Part shown: piece by piece, positions 39,824 through 49,664 of the stretch
Layout of the letters: the number at the start of each line of letters is the position of its first letter
Position numbering within the stretch: position 1 is the stretch's first letter
Assembly: GCA_000996355.1 (NCBI GenBank)
Contig: LCAH01000002.1
Location: forward strand, 29,703-93,702
Length of the DNA stretch: 64,000 nucleotides
Source: Candidatus Uhrbacteria bacterium GW2011_GWC2_41_11
Lineage (GTDB): Bacteria; Patescibacteriota; Patescibacteriia; UBA9934; GWF2-40-263
Reading direction: 5' to 3'
Notes under the pieces: generated by a model
Databases searched by the model: none
What the model saw: the letters and a program-made list of their open reading frames with translations, nothing else
What the model was told of the DNA's origin: nothing
Made by a program: the position numbers and the translations under genes

Positions 39824-40417
39824 ATGACCATAGACGCCAAAACCGTCATGCAATTGCGTCAGATGACAAATGCAGGTCTCATGGATGCCAAAGCAGCTCT
39901 GGAAGAGACACAAGGCAATCTTGAACAGGCTGTTGAAGTTTTGCGTAAGAAGGGAATTGCGAAAGCCGGAAAAAAAGCCGAACGCGAAACTAAAGAAGGT
40001 CGCGTGTATACCTACGTCCATGCAAATGGAAAAATGGGATCTATGGTTGAGGTGTTGTGTGAAACTGATTTCGTGGCACGGAATGAACTTTTCGAAGCGT
40101 TGTGTCATGACATTGCCATGCATGTGGCAGCGGCAGATCCTTTGTATGTACGGCGTGAGGACGTTCCGGGAGAACTGATTGAAAAAGAACGTGAAATCTA
40201 TCGTGGAGAAATGGAAGGGCAAGCCAAACCAGCGGATATTATTGAAAAAATCATCGAAGGGAAGCTGAATAAGTATTTTTCTGAAATGTGTCTTTTGGAG
40301 CAATTGTTTGTAAAAGATGATTCAAAAACCGTTCAGGATTTGGTCAAGGAAAAAATTTCTTCTCTGGGAGAGAATATCCAAATCACGCGATTCAGCCGGT
40401 TTCAAATTGGGGCATAG
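39824..40417 (+). CDS. tsf: Elongation factor Ts (short form)
   Basis: MTIDAKTVMQLRQMTNAGLMDAKAALEET is the EF-Ts UBA-like N-terminus. SD aggagg upstream of the ATG at 39824. rpsB-tsf pairing is conserved. Confidence 0.85.
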   Translation: MTIDAKTVMQLRQMTNAGLMDAKAALEETQGNLEQAVEVLRKKGIAKAGKKAERETKEGRVYTYVHANGKMGSMVEVLCETDFVARNELFEALCHDIAMHVAAADPLYVRREDVPGELIEKEREIYRGEMEGQAKPADIIEKIIEGKLNKYFSEMCLLEQLFVKDDSKTVQDLVKEKISSLGENIQITRFSRFQIGA

Positions 40418-40425
40418 AATAAAAA

Positions 40426-40453
40426 ACACTCGGTGAAGAGCCGGGTGTTTTTC
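40426..40453. terminator. Bidirectional terminator between tsf and the convergent 976-aa gene
   Basis: ACACTCGG-TGAAGAG-CCGGGTGT with T-runs on both sides. Confidence 0.75.
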
Positions 40454-40458
40454 GTTTG

Positions 40459-43389
40459 TCAGAAATCTCCTCCGCCTGAGGAGTATCCAGAAGATCCGGA
40501 ATCGGTTGACGATCCCCCTGAAGAAGAAGAGGAGTCACTGCTGTGATCCGAACCGCCGGAGGAATATCCTGAACCACTGTCATTTCCGGAATGGGACCAA
40601 CTAGATGATGACGGGGATGATGTGGAAGAATTCCACGAGGATGAGAAGGTTTGTCGGTTCCATTCTGCTTCCTCTTCTATCCTGCGTCGACGCTGTTCCT
40701 CTTCGTACAGGCGATGTCGTTCCATTTCCTCGTGTTCACGGCGTTGCCGCTCGCGTTCCTCATAGACTTCTCGCGCGCGTCGGAGTTCGGATCTCCATCC
40801 GTTTTTTATTCTTTCTATCTCATCGAGGAGAATGTTGTAATCCGCTGGTCCATTGATTACGGGTTTGCGGTAGACATTCAGAGTTGTGTCTGTCCCATAA
40901 CCGCGAATCTGTTGTTCGCAGGTTTCGCGATCCGTTTCGATGGATACCATTTTTCTTTCATATTCGACTTTCTTGGCATCCAATGTATCGCAGTGTCGAA
41001 TGGCTTTGGCAAAGGAGTCCTCCGCCGCTTTGAACTGGTCAAGAGCTTTGTCTGCACTGCGGCGTGCGGACAAGTGTTTGTTTTCCCGAAGACGTTGTTC
41101 CGCTTCGGAAAGAGAAACAGTGCCTGATTCCAGGGATTTATCACCGTCCGCAATGGATTCGGCAGCCCTGCAACCAGTATGAACACGGACCGTTTCCGTT
41201 TCGCGAATCTGCGCTTTGGAACGGATATCTCCTGTCCGCTCATATATTGTTCGCGCGTCCGCGATGGATTTTTCCGCGTGGTCAATCGCACGGCGGATAA
41301 GATCGATCTGTTTTGCACATGTCCGATACCGTTCTGATATTCTTCTGGCAAGGACCTCAATTTCCGCGACGGTATCCGCTGCTGCAAGACGGCTTTGGAG
41401 TTCTTCCTCTTCTTGCGTGGCGCGGCGGAAGGTAACGGCTGGATCGTCATTTGGATCCTCGATGACGGTCTGAAGTTCTGGAATCTCAATGCGACTCGTT
41501 TGAACTTCCTGGAGTGCAGCCACGATCTGATGAATTCCGGCTTCCATTTCCATTTCTTCTGTGCGAAGCGTTTGGAGATGTTCGACATAAGTGACCGCAT
41601 CTCTGAGACGCAGCGTGTTTAGTTTCTCATAGACGCGTTCGTCGCTTGCACGGTCTCCTGCCAAAGGGTGTTTTGAAAGCCATTGGTGCGGGATACTTTG
41701 TGTATCGCATATAGCAAACAACTCATCAAGCTTGCGGTGGGGAAACGCTTGTTCGGCAAGCTCTGATTTGACTGCGAGCGCTTGTTTTAGCAAATTCCAG
41801 TCTTCTTGAGTTTCTCGAAAACGTTTGGTCAAATCCTGTTCAAATCCGACCGGGTTTACCTTGACGATTTTGGTTTCCTGACCAAAAAGTTCATCCTTAT
41901 TTATCTCGCCCGTATCGAACTCAAATTCTGTTTCCAAATCCGCCAGAGCTTCGCGTAGATATGTGAGATTCCAGAATGAAGATCGTATGGCCTTGGTCTT
42001 ACATTTTGCCAGATGTGTTTCCAAGGCGCGCAAAGCAACGTAGATCGCGTCAACTTCTGCGGTCGTCGAATCGAGAAGTTCTTTTTCCCGACCGGAAGCG
42101 CTTTTCATGAGGGCGGAGATTTCATCACGTTCCTCATGAAACCGGAGATATTGACCGGAAGCATTCCGGATTTTTCTTTCGCGTTCTTCAACCTCTTTTT
42201 CAAACGTCTGTCGCATGCGCTTGAAATTTCGGTGTCTGAATCCAAGGCCGAAGAAGGCAAACAAAGAGAAGAGAAGAAAAACGATACTTGCCGTCGTTTC
42301 CATTCGTTTGAGAGCTGCAGCTTCTTCTTTCTGCTTGTGGACGAATAAAAAAAGTTCTTCCTCTCCATCTGTGAGACTTCTTGAGGCATCATCCATATCC
42401 TCGACAATGCCGTGACTTCTTGTATCTTTCGCATTTCCTAGCATTTTTTGATAGCGGGAAATGTCAGAAGGGAGAAAAGTTGTGTTTTCTTGAAGAAGAG
42501 ATGTCATCTTCTCGATATGGTAGTTTCTCTTTTTGACCTCGGTTTTTTTTGAAACCACGAGAGTAGAGAGTTGATCTGTGCTCGCGGTCATGGAATCAGC
42601 CATGTCGTCCATTTCCTTGAGATCATTCCTTGCACGAATTTCCTTTGCTTGCGCCAATGTGTTCCGATATCCGGAGAGATCTGTGGGAAGAAGTGTTTTG
42701 TCTTCGTTTAGGAGTTCTCCAAGAAACGCGATTTGGTAATCGAAATTCGAACGAATGTGCGCGATGCGCAGCTGTTCCCGTTCCTGTTCTGCTGCTTTTT
42801 GGCGCGCGGCAATGATCGTTGGATCCGTTGTCTCGCGTAAATATATATCAAGGGACGTGAGCGTTTCGAGAACTCCGACAGCCGGATTTGGCGGCGTGTA
42901 GCGGACAGCCTCGACAAAATGTTTTGTGTAAGTTTCATGATCCCGTGCGGGAAGGAAATGGGCGGGTTCTCCGCGCCATTTGACTCCGGAATCAAGTTCG
43001 TATTTGCAAATCGTTCCATCTGGCCGTTGTGATTTCGGTTTCTCGCACGCGTCATTCCAAACCACGAGCATAACTGAGGATCGCGCGGAATCGAACCCAT
43101 GTTTTGCCCACGCGAGTTCCAGATCAGCTATATATTGCTTGATCCGATCTGACGCGTTTCCTTCTCCGGGAAGATTTTGCAGAAAAATTGCATAAAAAGG
43201 ATGGTATCCTTTTGCGGTAGCTTGTTCGATTTCCTCATATCCGCTTCCGGGTGGCGTCCATCCTTCTGGATGAAAATACACATGTTTTCCTTTTTCAAAG
43301 GAAATGTCCAATTGTCCCTGCGCAGATTGCACGATACACAACATTCCTGCCAAAAATAGAAACAGGATTTTTCCCTTCATCTCTTTCAT
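40459..43389 (-). CDS. Large bitopic membrane protein (976 aa): signal peptide, ~340-aa ectodomain with two tandem ~55-aa repeats, one TM helix, ~530-aa coiled-coil-rich cytoplasmic region and a Ser/Gly-rich C-terminal tail
   Basis: Signal peptide ending AQG. TM IVFLLFSLFAFFGLGF (~aa 366-383). Charged heptad-like E/R/K/L-rich region with ERERQRREHEEMERHRLYEEEQRRRRIEEE. Tail SSGGSDHSSDSSSSSGGSSTDSGSSGYSSGGGDF. Hand samples give ~48-53% GC. Confidence 0.6.
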   Translation of the reverse strand: MKEMKGKILFLFLAGMLCIVQSAQGQLDISFEKGKHVYFHPEGWTPPGSGYEEIEQATAKGYHPFYAIFLQNLPGEGNASDRIKQYIADLELAWAKHGFDSARSSVMLVVWNDACEKPKSQRPDGTICKYELDSGVKWRGEPAHFLPARDHETYTKHFVEAVRYTPPNPAVGVLETLTSLDIYLRETTDPTIIAARQKAAEQEREQLRIAHIRSNFDYQIAFLGELLNEDKTLLPTDLSGYRNTLAQAKEIRARNDLKEMDDMADSMTASTDQLSTLVVSKKTEVKKRNYHIEKMTSLLQENTTFLPSDISRYQKMLGNAKDTRSHGIVEDMDDASRSLTDGEEELFLFVHKQKEEAAALKRMETTASIVFLLFSLFAFFGLGFRHRNFKRMRQTFEKEVEERERKIRNASGQYLRFHEERDEISALMKSASGREKELLDSTTAEVDAIYVALRALETHLAKCKTKAIRSSFWNLTYLREALADLETEFEFDTGEINKDELFGQETKIVKVNPVGFEQDLTKRFRETQEDWNLLKQALAVKSELAEQAFPHRKLDELFAICDTQSIPHQWLSKHPLAGDRASDERVYEKLNTLRLRDAVTYVEHLQTLRTEEMEMEAGIHQIVAALQEVQTSRIEIPELQTVIEDPNDDPAVTFRRATQEEEELQSRLAAADTVAEIEVLARRISERYRTCAKQIDLIRRAIDHAEKSIADARTIYERTGDIRSKAQIRETETVRVHTGCRAAESIADGDKSLESGTVSLSEAEQRLRENKHLSARRSADKALDQFKAAEDSFAKAIRHCDTLDAKKVEYERKMVSIETDRETCEQQIRGYGTDTTLNVYRKPVINGPADYNILLDEIERIKNGWRSELRRAREVYEERERQRREHEEMERHRLYEEEQRRRRIEEEAEWNRQTFSSSWNSSTSSPSSSSWSHSGNDSGSGYSSGGSDHSSDSSSSSGGSSTDSGSSGYSSGGGDF

Positions 43390-43521
43390 TCCTTTCTTTT
43401 TTGAATGAACACTCTCAAATCCATCAGGATCTGATGTGATGTCTTTACTTAATTTTTATTCCTTTGTCAATGGAATTAGACAATATTTTTTCTTGTTATT
43501 TCTTGATTTTTTGATTCTTTT

Positions 43522-45069
43522 ATGATTGTCTTAGGTTGTTCTTTAAAAATCATGGAAGAAAAATCATCAATTAGGAGTTCAAAAATGGAACAAATGTTAC
43601 AGGATTTTTTTAATGGGAAGATGTCATTTAAGGATCTAGTCTCGAAATTACATGAAAAAAAGGTCTTCAAGTTTGATGATGAGGATGAAATACTGAATCA
43701 GTTTTGTCCTCCGTCTGTCTGGAAAAGGAGTCCGACATTCAGGATTCCGGAAGCATTTTTTGTCTTGGAACATCCGGAAACTTCTTGGCAACGAAGTGCG
43801 GCGTTGTCGTCGCTCCTTTTTGCTTCAAACAAAACTGTATTCGAGCTGGATGGACAGTGGCTCAAATTCAGTACTGAGTTAAATTCTCGCATCGTTGGCG
43901 CATTTGCTGTCACGCATGGTGGTTTGCGCGATGACTTGTCAGATTCATCCGCTTATTATCTCCGTCTGCAGACAGTCGCAACTCTGTCTATCGCTCAGAC
44001 CATTCGGTATATGACCGGACTGTCTTCGGAGAAAGTTTGGAAATCCGCTGCGTGGTTGAAGGGTCTGCTCTTAAAGAGGGTTAGTGTTGAGTGGCTCGTG
44101 CCGCAAGTTCAAGCTGAAATTCCTGATTCACTTTCACAATCAGCTGACCTGTGGGATCCTCTTGGCTTCGATGTCAGAGGTCACGGCGTCCACCCGGACG
44201 AACTCGCACTGTTGTTGGCTATTGATTCTTATCAGTACACACTTCATGGTGGGTTGTCGCCACTCTTCTCCGATGCTTTCTTCAACGCTATGCGGCGCAT
44301 AGCAAGCCGAACCTTGAATACAGGAGAGATGGCAATTATTCGAAAACAACAAAGTAGCCGATTCGATTCTCCTATGTTCGTATCTGATACTTTATTCGTC
44401 AGGCCGGATATTCCATTAGGACCGCCGCTTCTTGCCAGACAAGTACTCCATAACAGCGGGGCCAAGTGGCTCGCAGGTCTGTCGTTGGAGGCGTTCATCG
44501 AGACGCTCGATTACTTGTCTTTGGTCTCTTTGACAGGGAAAGATCCTGATCTTGCCAAGGGAGAATGGATTTTGATGGCGTTGTATCGTGAAGGAAAAGA
44601 ATTGTCTTTGGATCACCTTCATCGGGCGGCACAATATTGGAATGATCTAGTCCAGAGGGTGGCAGGTGAGAAACAAGTGAATCGTGCGCATTTGTTGGCA
44701 CGCGCTGGGATCGGATTGTTCCGGATCTTGGATGTCGCACAAAAAGCCGTTCTTGATCAGTTTGTAGAGTGGGCGGATTTGCCTTGGAAACCAGGACTTT
44801 TTGCCGGTCTTGCAAAGATGGCCGCTAAGGAACGAGATATCACCTGTTGGAAACGGAATTTGACTGCCTTGGCGGATATGTTATTTGATTCTACGGTAGA
44901 TGATCAGCAGAAATTGGACGCGGCTATTCTGCTCGCCCAAGCCTTTCAGGATTCTGCTGATGTTCCTATTGAACTCAAAATGAGTCTCCTCGAGGCTGTT
45001 AAACAGGAACCGGTTCTCGAGAGGAATGTGTCGCTTCGAATTGAATTGAGGCGGTCTGAATTGATGTGA
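43522..45069 (+). CDS. Hypothetical cytoplasmic protein (515 aa)
   Basis: Long ORF; alternative starts at 43552 or 43585 (the latter has an aggag SD). No TM. Leu/Ala-rich. Hand samples give ~45-55% GC. Confidence 0.55.
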   Translation: MIVLGCSLKIMEEKSSIRSSKMEQMLQDFFNGKMSFKDLVSKLHEKKVFKFDDEDEILNQFCPPSVWKRSPTFRIPEAFFVLEHPETSWQRSAALSSLLFASNKTVFELDGQWLKFSTELNSRIVGAFAVTHGGLRDDLSDSSAYYLRLQTVATLSIAQTIRYMTGLSSEKVWKSAAWLKGLLLKRVSVEWLVPQVQAEIPDSLSQSADLWDPLGFDVRGHGVHPDELALLLAIDSYQYTLHGGLSPLFSDAFFNAMRRIASRTLNTGEMAIIRKQQSSRFDSPMFVSDTLFVRPDIPLGPPLLARQVLHNSGAKWLAGLSLEAFIETLDYLSLVSLTGKDPDLAKGEWILMALYREGKELSLDHLHRAAQYWNDLVQRVAGEKQVNRAHLLARAGIGLFRILDVAQKAVLDQFVEWADLPWKPGLFAGLAKMAAKERDITCWKRNLTALADMLFDSTVDDQQKLDAAILLAQAFQDSADVPIELKMSLLEAVKQEPVLERNVSLRIELRRSELM

Positions 45070-45212
45070 TTTTTTTCTCTTTTTTTCAAATGTCTGTCTG
45101 TTGTAACCGGTCCTTTGGTTTTTGCAGGCAGATTTTTTTTGTTTACATTTCGAATTTGAGAGGTCTCTTCAGAATTATGGTACACTAAGATAGATATTTT
45201 TTTCTTTTTTCT

Positions 45213-46220
45213 ATGCTTCGTGTAGCTATCAATGGATTCGGTCGGATTGGCCGAAATACGTTAAAAGCAGGCTGGGACAGACCAGACGTTTCTTTTATTG
45301 CTATCAATGATCTTACTGAACCAAAAATTCTTGCCCATCTTTTGAAGTATGATTCTGTTTTTCATACCTGGCCGCATGAAATTTCATTTGATGATCATCA
45401 TGTCATCATTGATGGAAAGAAAATTCCTGTTGTTGCAGAGACAGATCCAAAAAAATTGCCATGGAAGGCGTATGATGTAGATGTAGTGATTGAATCAACA
45501 GGGAGGTTTACAAATAGAACAGATGCATCTCAACATTTAGAAGCGGGTGCAAGAAAAGTGGTGATCTCGGCTCCGGCAAAAGAAGTTCCCACCTATTTGA
45601 TGGGAGTCAATCACAAGACTTGTAAAAAAGGTGATACCATCGTGAACAATGCATCTTGCACCACAAATTCGATTGCCCCTGTTGCTCAGATCATGCAAGA
45701 CGTTTTTGGAATTCGAAAAGCCATGATGACCACCATTCATTCTGTCACTGCGGAACAAAATTTGGTGGATGGTCTTCCCCCGAAATTGCATCCTGATTTG
45801 CGCCGTGCACGTTCCGCACTCGTAAATATGGTTCCGACTTCGACCGGAGCAGCAAAAGCAACAACCGAAGTGATTCCGGATCTCAAAGGTCTTTTTGATG
45901 GAATTGCGGTGCGTGTGCCGACGATTGATGTTTCTCTTTCTGATTTTACATTTTTGCTCAAACAAAAAACAACGGTTGAAGAAATCAATCAAACATTTCG
46001 AAAAGCAGCAAAAAGTGCTCGGTGGAAAGGAATTTTGGCTGTGTCCGATGTTCCTCTTGTTTCGTCGGATTTTGTGCAGAGTGCGTATTCTTCAGTTGTG
46101 GATCTGGAGATGACACGTGTCGTGGATGGAGATTTGGTAAAGGTTCTTGCCTGGTATGATAATGAGTGGGGATATTCCGTTCGTTTGATGGACATGGTGG
46201 AGCATGTCGGACGTATGTGA
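45213..46220 (+). CDS. gap: Glyceraldehyde-3-phosphate dehydrogenase (type I)
   Basis: NGFGRIGR NAD-binding motif. Active-site SCTTNS (ASCTTNSIAP). Confidence 0.9.
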   Translation: MLRVAINGFGRIGRNTLKAGWDRPDVSFIAINDLTEPKILAHLLKYDSVFHTWPHEISFDDHHVIIDGKKIPVVAETDPKKLPWKAYDVDVVIESTGRFTNRTDASQHLEAGARKVVISAPAKEVPTYLMGVNHKTCKKGDTIVNNASCTTNSIAPVAQIMQDVFGIRKAMMTTIHSVTAEQNLVDGLPPKLHPDLRRARSALVNMVPTSTGAAKATTEVIPDLKGLFDGIAVRVPTIDVSLSDFTFLLKQKTTVEEINQTFRKAAKSARWKGILAVSDVPLVSSDFVQSAYSSVVDLEMTRVVDGDLVKVLAWYDNEWGYSVRLMDMVEHVGRM

Positions 46221-47131
46221 TGGCGTGGTGGATATACGACTTTGTTATTTTTGGCTTTCTCATTTTTGGAGGAATCTATTTTCTTCAAATGATGTTTTGT
46301 CTCCAAAATGGATCCAAGCGATTTTTGCATAAGATCGCAATTATTTTTTTGGTTTTAACATGGATAATTGTTTTTTACGGAAGTTTTGTTGAATCTCGTT
46401 TTCTTACCGTTCGTACACAAACAGTTGATCTTGGAGAAAAAACAACACATACATTACGTGCAGCTGTTGTCTCTGATTTTCATGCAGGTTTTTATACGGA
46501 TGAGAATTGGATAAAACATATCGTTCGTGAAATTCAGAAAAGAAAACCAGACGTGATTTTTTTGCTCGGAGATTTTATTTCTGAAAATCCTGAAGCCGTG
46601 AAGGAACTTCAGTCATTTTCAAATTTCCGTGCTCCTCTGGGTGTGTTTGCCATAACAGGGAATCATGATTATCAAGATCATGGACGGGATGATTTGGTTG
46701 TGGCTACTCTTCAACAAATGGGGATTCGTGTTTTGCGTAATGAACATTTATTTCTTTCTTTTGATGGAGAAAAAATTGCTTTGGCAGGAATTGACGATAT
46801 TTGGTTTGGAGGAAGTTCGAAAGCCGCATTGGATGGACTGACAGACGAAGATATGGTGATTTTGTTGGCACACAACCCGGACGCTGTTCTTTTTTCTGAA
46901 ACAAAAGTTGCAGATCTTATTTTATCCGGACATACGCATGGCGGACAGATTCGTCTACCCTTGGTTGGATCACTTGCCCATATTCCAACTGTTCTTGGAA
47001 ACACATATGATAAAGGACTTTTTTCTTTGAAGGATCAATGGTTGTTTATTACGTCTGGCGTAGGAGAGATCGGTCCCAGGGCACGATTGTTTAATCCGCC
47101 GGAAATTGTTTTGTTGAACATTGTTTTTTAA
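46220..47131 (+). CDS. Membrane-associated calcineurin-like metallophosphoesterase
   Basis: N-terminal TM helices. Motifs DFHAG, GDF, GNHD and GHTHGG. Start ATG overlaps the gap stop (TGATG). Confidence 0.7.
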   Translation: MAWWIYDFVIFGFLIFGGIYFLQMMFCLQNGSKRFLHKIAIIFLVLTWIIVFYGSFVESRFLTVRTQTVDLGEKTTHTLRAAVVSDFHAGFYTDENWIKHIVREIQKRKPDVIFLLGDFISENPEAVKELQSFSNFRAPLGVFAITGNHDYQDHGRDDLVVATLQQMGIRVLRNEHLFLSFDGEKIALAGIDDIWFGGSSKAALDGLTDEDMVILLAHNPDAVLFSETKVADLILSGHTHGGQIRLPLVGSLAHIPTVLGNTYDKGLFSLKDQWLFITSGVGEIGPRARLFNPPEIVLLNIVF

Positions 47132-47180
47132 GAAGATTCTGTTAAACTCTGGAAGTATTTTCTTGTATTCTTTGTGAGAA

Positions 47181-48374
47181 TTGTCGTGTATGCGTTTGAA
47201 TACATTACGCAACCCAAAACAGCTTTTGAATAAACGTGTTTTGGTTCGAATTGATGCAAATGTTCCCATTCGTCGTGGTCAAGTTGTGGATGGTCCTCAA
47301 GGAAAGATTGCTCGAGCAGCTGTGGATCTTGAATGGTTGCGTCAACACGGAGCCAAACTTGTGATTTTAACTCACTTGGGTCGACCAAATGGAAAACGCA
47401 CTCCAGCTTATTCTGTTGCTCCTATTGCAAAACGTTTAAGCGGATTACTTGGTGTGCCTGTAAAACTTTGTCGAGACGTTGTGGGAGCAAAAGCGGAAAA
47501 AATGGTTTCAGTTATGCAATCCGGAGAAGCTGTTCTTTTGGAAAATGTGCGTTTTCATGCAGGGGAAGAGCAAAATAGTCGCGCTTTTGCTCGACAATTA
47601 GCTACATTAGGTGATTTGTATATCAATGATGCCTTTGCAGTCAGTCATCGTGCGCATGCTTCGGTGGATGCGATTACCGAAGAACTTCCGTCCTATGCCG
47701 GACCGCTTCTTGTTCGTGAGGTAAATCTTTTGCATTCGTTGCATGCAGCCGTACGTCATCCGTTTCTCCTCATTATGGGAGGGTTGAAAATTTCAACAAA
47801 ACTGCCTGTGCTCGAACAGTTTCTTCCGCACGTGGAAGCTGTTTTTATTGGGGGGGCCCTGGCACAAACATTTCTTGTTGCGCAAGGAAAAGAAATTGGA
47901 CGTTCTGTTTATGATAAAGAAGGAGTGTCTATTGCCCGTAGTCTTTTGGAGCGTTGGGGACAAAAAATTCGTCTTCCCCAAGATGTGTATGTTGCTCGTC
48001 GCATGAGTTCTCAAGCAAAACTTCATCTCGTTTCTGTAGAGGAAATTGATGCAAAAGATTATGTTGTTGATGTGGGGAGACGAACCATGCGTACCTATGT
48101 TCGAGCAATTCAGCGAGCGAAAACAATTGTGTGGAATGGGCCATTCGGATATTGTGAGATTCCAAAATTTTGTTCAAGCACTTATTTGCTTGCTCGGGCG
48201 ATCGCTGCGAGAACAGGGAAAGCCAAAACAATTGTTGGGGGAGGAGATACGATTCCAATTCTTGAGGCTGCACATCTTGCCGAACATTTTACCCTTATGT
48301 CCACAGGCGGAGGTGCCATGCTCGAATTTTTGGCAGGAGGAGAGCTGCCAGGAGTCGAGGCTTTGAAGAAGTAA
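47181..48374 (+). CDS. pgk: Phosphoglycerate kinase
   Basis: RIDANVP N-terminal motif. Typical length and layout. Confidence 0.9.
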   Translation: MSCMRLNTLRNPKQLLNKRVLVRIDANVPIRRGQVVDGPQGKIARAAVDLEWLRQHGAKLVILTHLGRPNGKRTPAYSVAPIAKRLSGLLGVPVKLCRDVVGAKAEKMVSVMQSGEAVLLENVRFHAGEEQNSRAFARQLATLGDLYINDAFAVSHRAHASVDAITEELPSYAGPLLVREVNLLHSLHAAVRHPFLLIMGGLKISTKLPVLEQFLPHVEAVFIGGALAQTFLVAQGKEIGRSVYDKEGVSIARSLLERWGQKIRLPQDVYVARRMSSQAKLHLVSVEEIDAKDYVVDVGRRTMRTYVRAIQRAKTIVWNGPFGYCEIPKFCSSTYLLARAIAARTGKAKTIVGGGDTIPILEAAHLAEHFTLMSTGGGAMLEFLAGGELPGVEALKK

Positions 48375-48395
48375 TTTCTATTTTTCTATTCATCT

Positions 48396-49658
48396 ATGCC
48401 TTCATCTATTCACGCCATTCATGCTCATGAAATTTTGGATTCACGCGGAAATCCTACGCTTGGAGTTTCTATTTTGCTTGCGGATGGAACAACAGGAAGT
48501 GCTTCTGTCCCAAGTGGAGCATCAACAGGTGTTCATGAGGCTCTTGAGTTGCGTGATAATGATCCAAAACGGTATGGAGGAAAAGGAGTTTTGAAAGCGG
48601 TGCAAAATGTACAAAAAATCATCGCCCCAAAATTGATCGGCATGGATGTGATGTGTTTACGAGAAATAGATGAGCGAATGATTGCGCTTGATGGCACACA
48701 AAACAAAAGTCGTTTGGGAGCAAATGCGATTCTTGGTGTTTCTCTTGCGTGTGCACATGCCGGAGCTCGGTATAAAAAAATGCCGTTGTATATTTATATA
48801 CGTCAGATTTATGACCTTCCATTCAAAACATTTCGCATGCCATATCCAACCATGAATGTGATGAATGGTGGAGCTCATGCTGGATGGATTCTGGATTTTC
48901 AAGAATTCATGATTGTTCCTAAACAGAAGAAGTTTCACGAACGGTTGCGTTGTGGATCAGAAATATTTCATGCCCTTGGAGGATTATTGAAAAAGAAGGG
49001 ATTTTCCACATTAGTCGGAGATGAGGGTGGATATTCCGTTCAATTGAAAAAAAATGAAGAAACAATCAAATTAATCGTTCAAGCGGTAAAGCAGGCTGGA
49101 TATGAATCGGGAAAAGATGTTTTTTTTGCGCTTGATCCTGCAACATCTGAGCTGTACGACGAACAAACAAAAAAATATACCCTTCATGTGGATAAAAAAA
49201 AGCTGACTTCGAAGGAAATGATTGCTCTGTGGAGAGGATGGATGAAAAAATACCCGATTCTTTCTTTGGAAGATGGACTTGCTCAAGATGATTGGGAAGG
49301 ATGGAGGGAATTGACCAAACAATTAGGAGAAAATATCGTGCTTGTAGGTGATGATCTTTTTGTGACAAATACAGGACGCTTACGCAAAGGGATTGAAGAG
49401 AAGGTCGGCAATGCTATTTTAATCAAACTCAATCAGATTGGCACGCTTTCTGAAACGATTGATGCGATTCTTTTAGCTCAGCAATATGGGTACAAAATTT
49501 CCGTTTCTCATCGTTCTGGAGAAACATGTGATACAACTATTGCAGATTTAGCCGTGGCAGTGAATGCCGATTTTATCAAAGCAGGTTCACTTTCTCGTGG
49601 AGAACGTTTGGCAAAATATAATCGGTTGATTGAAATTGAAGAGGAAATAAAAGGATAA
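48396..49658 (+). CDS. eno: Enolase
   Basis: HAHEILDSRGNPTLGVSI...SGASTGVHEALELRD matches the canonical enolase N-terminus. Confidence 0.9.
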   Translation: MPSSIHAIHAHEILDSRGNPTLGVSILLADGTTGSASVPSGASTGVHEALELRDNDPKRYGGKGVLKAVQNVQKIIAPKLIGMDVMCLREIDERMIALDGTQNKSRLGANAILGVSLACAHAGARYKKMPLYIYIRQIYDLPFKTFRMPYPTMNVMNGGAHAGWILDFQEFMIVPKQKKFHERLRCGSEIFHALGGLLKKKGFSTLVGDEGGYSVQLKKNEETIKLIVQAVKQAGYESGKDVFFALDPATSELYDEQTKKYTLHVDKKKLTSKEMIALWRGWMKKYPILSLEDGLAQDDWEGWRELTKQLGENIVLVGDDLFVTNTGRLRKGIEEKVGNAILIKLNQIGTLSETIDAILLAQQYGYKISVSHRSGETCDTTIADLAVAVNADFIKAGSLSRGERLAKYNRLIEIEEEIKG

Positions 49659-49664
49659 AAATCT

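Noticed and set aside
46166-46219. Upstream extension of the metallophosphoesterase ORF overlapping the gap 3' end
   Set aside because: The in-frame ATG at 46220 overlaps the gap stop (TGATG) and begins the hydrophobic N-terminus. The extension is unnecessary.
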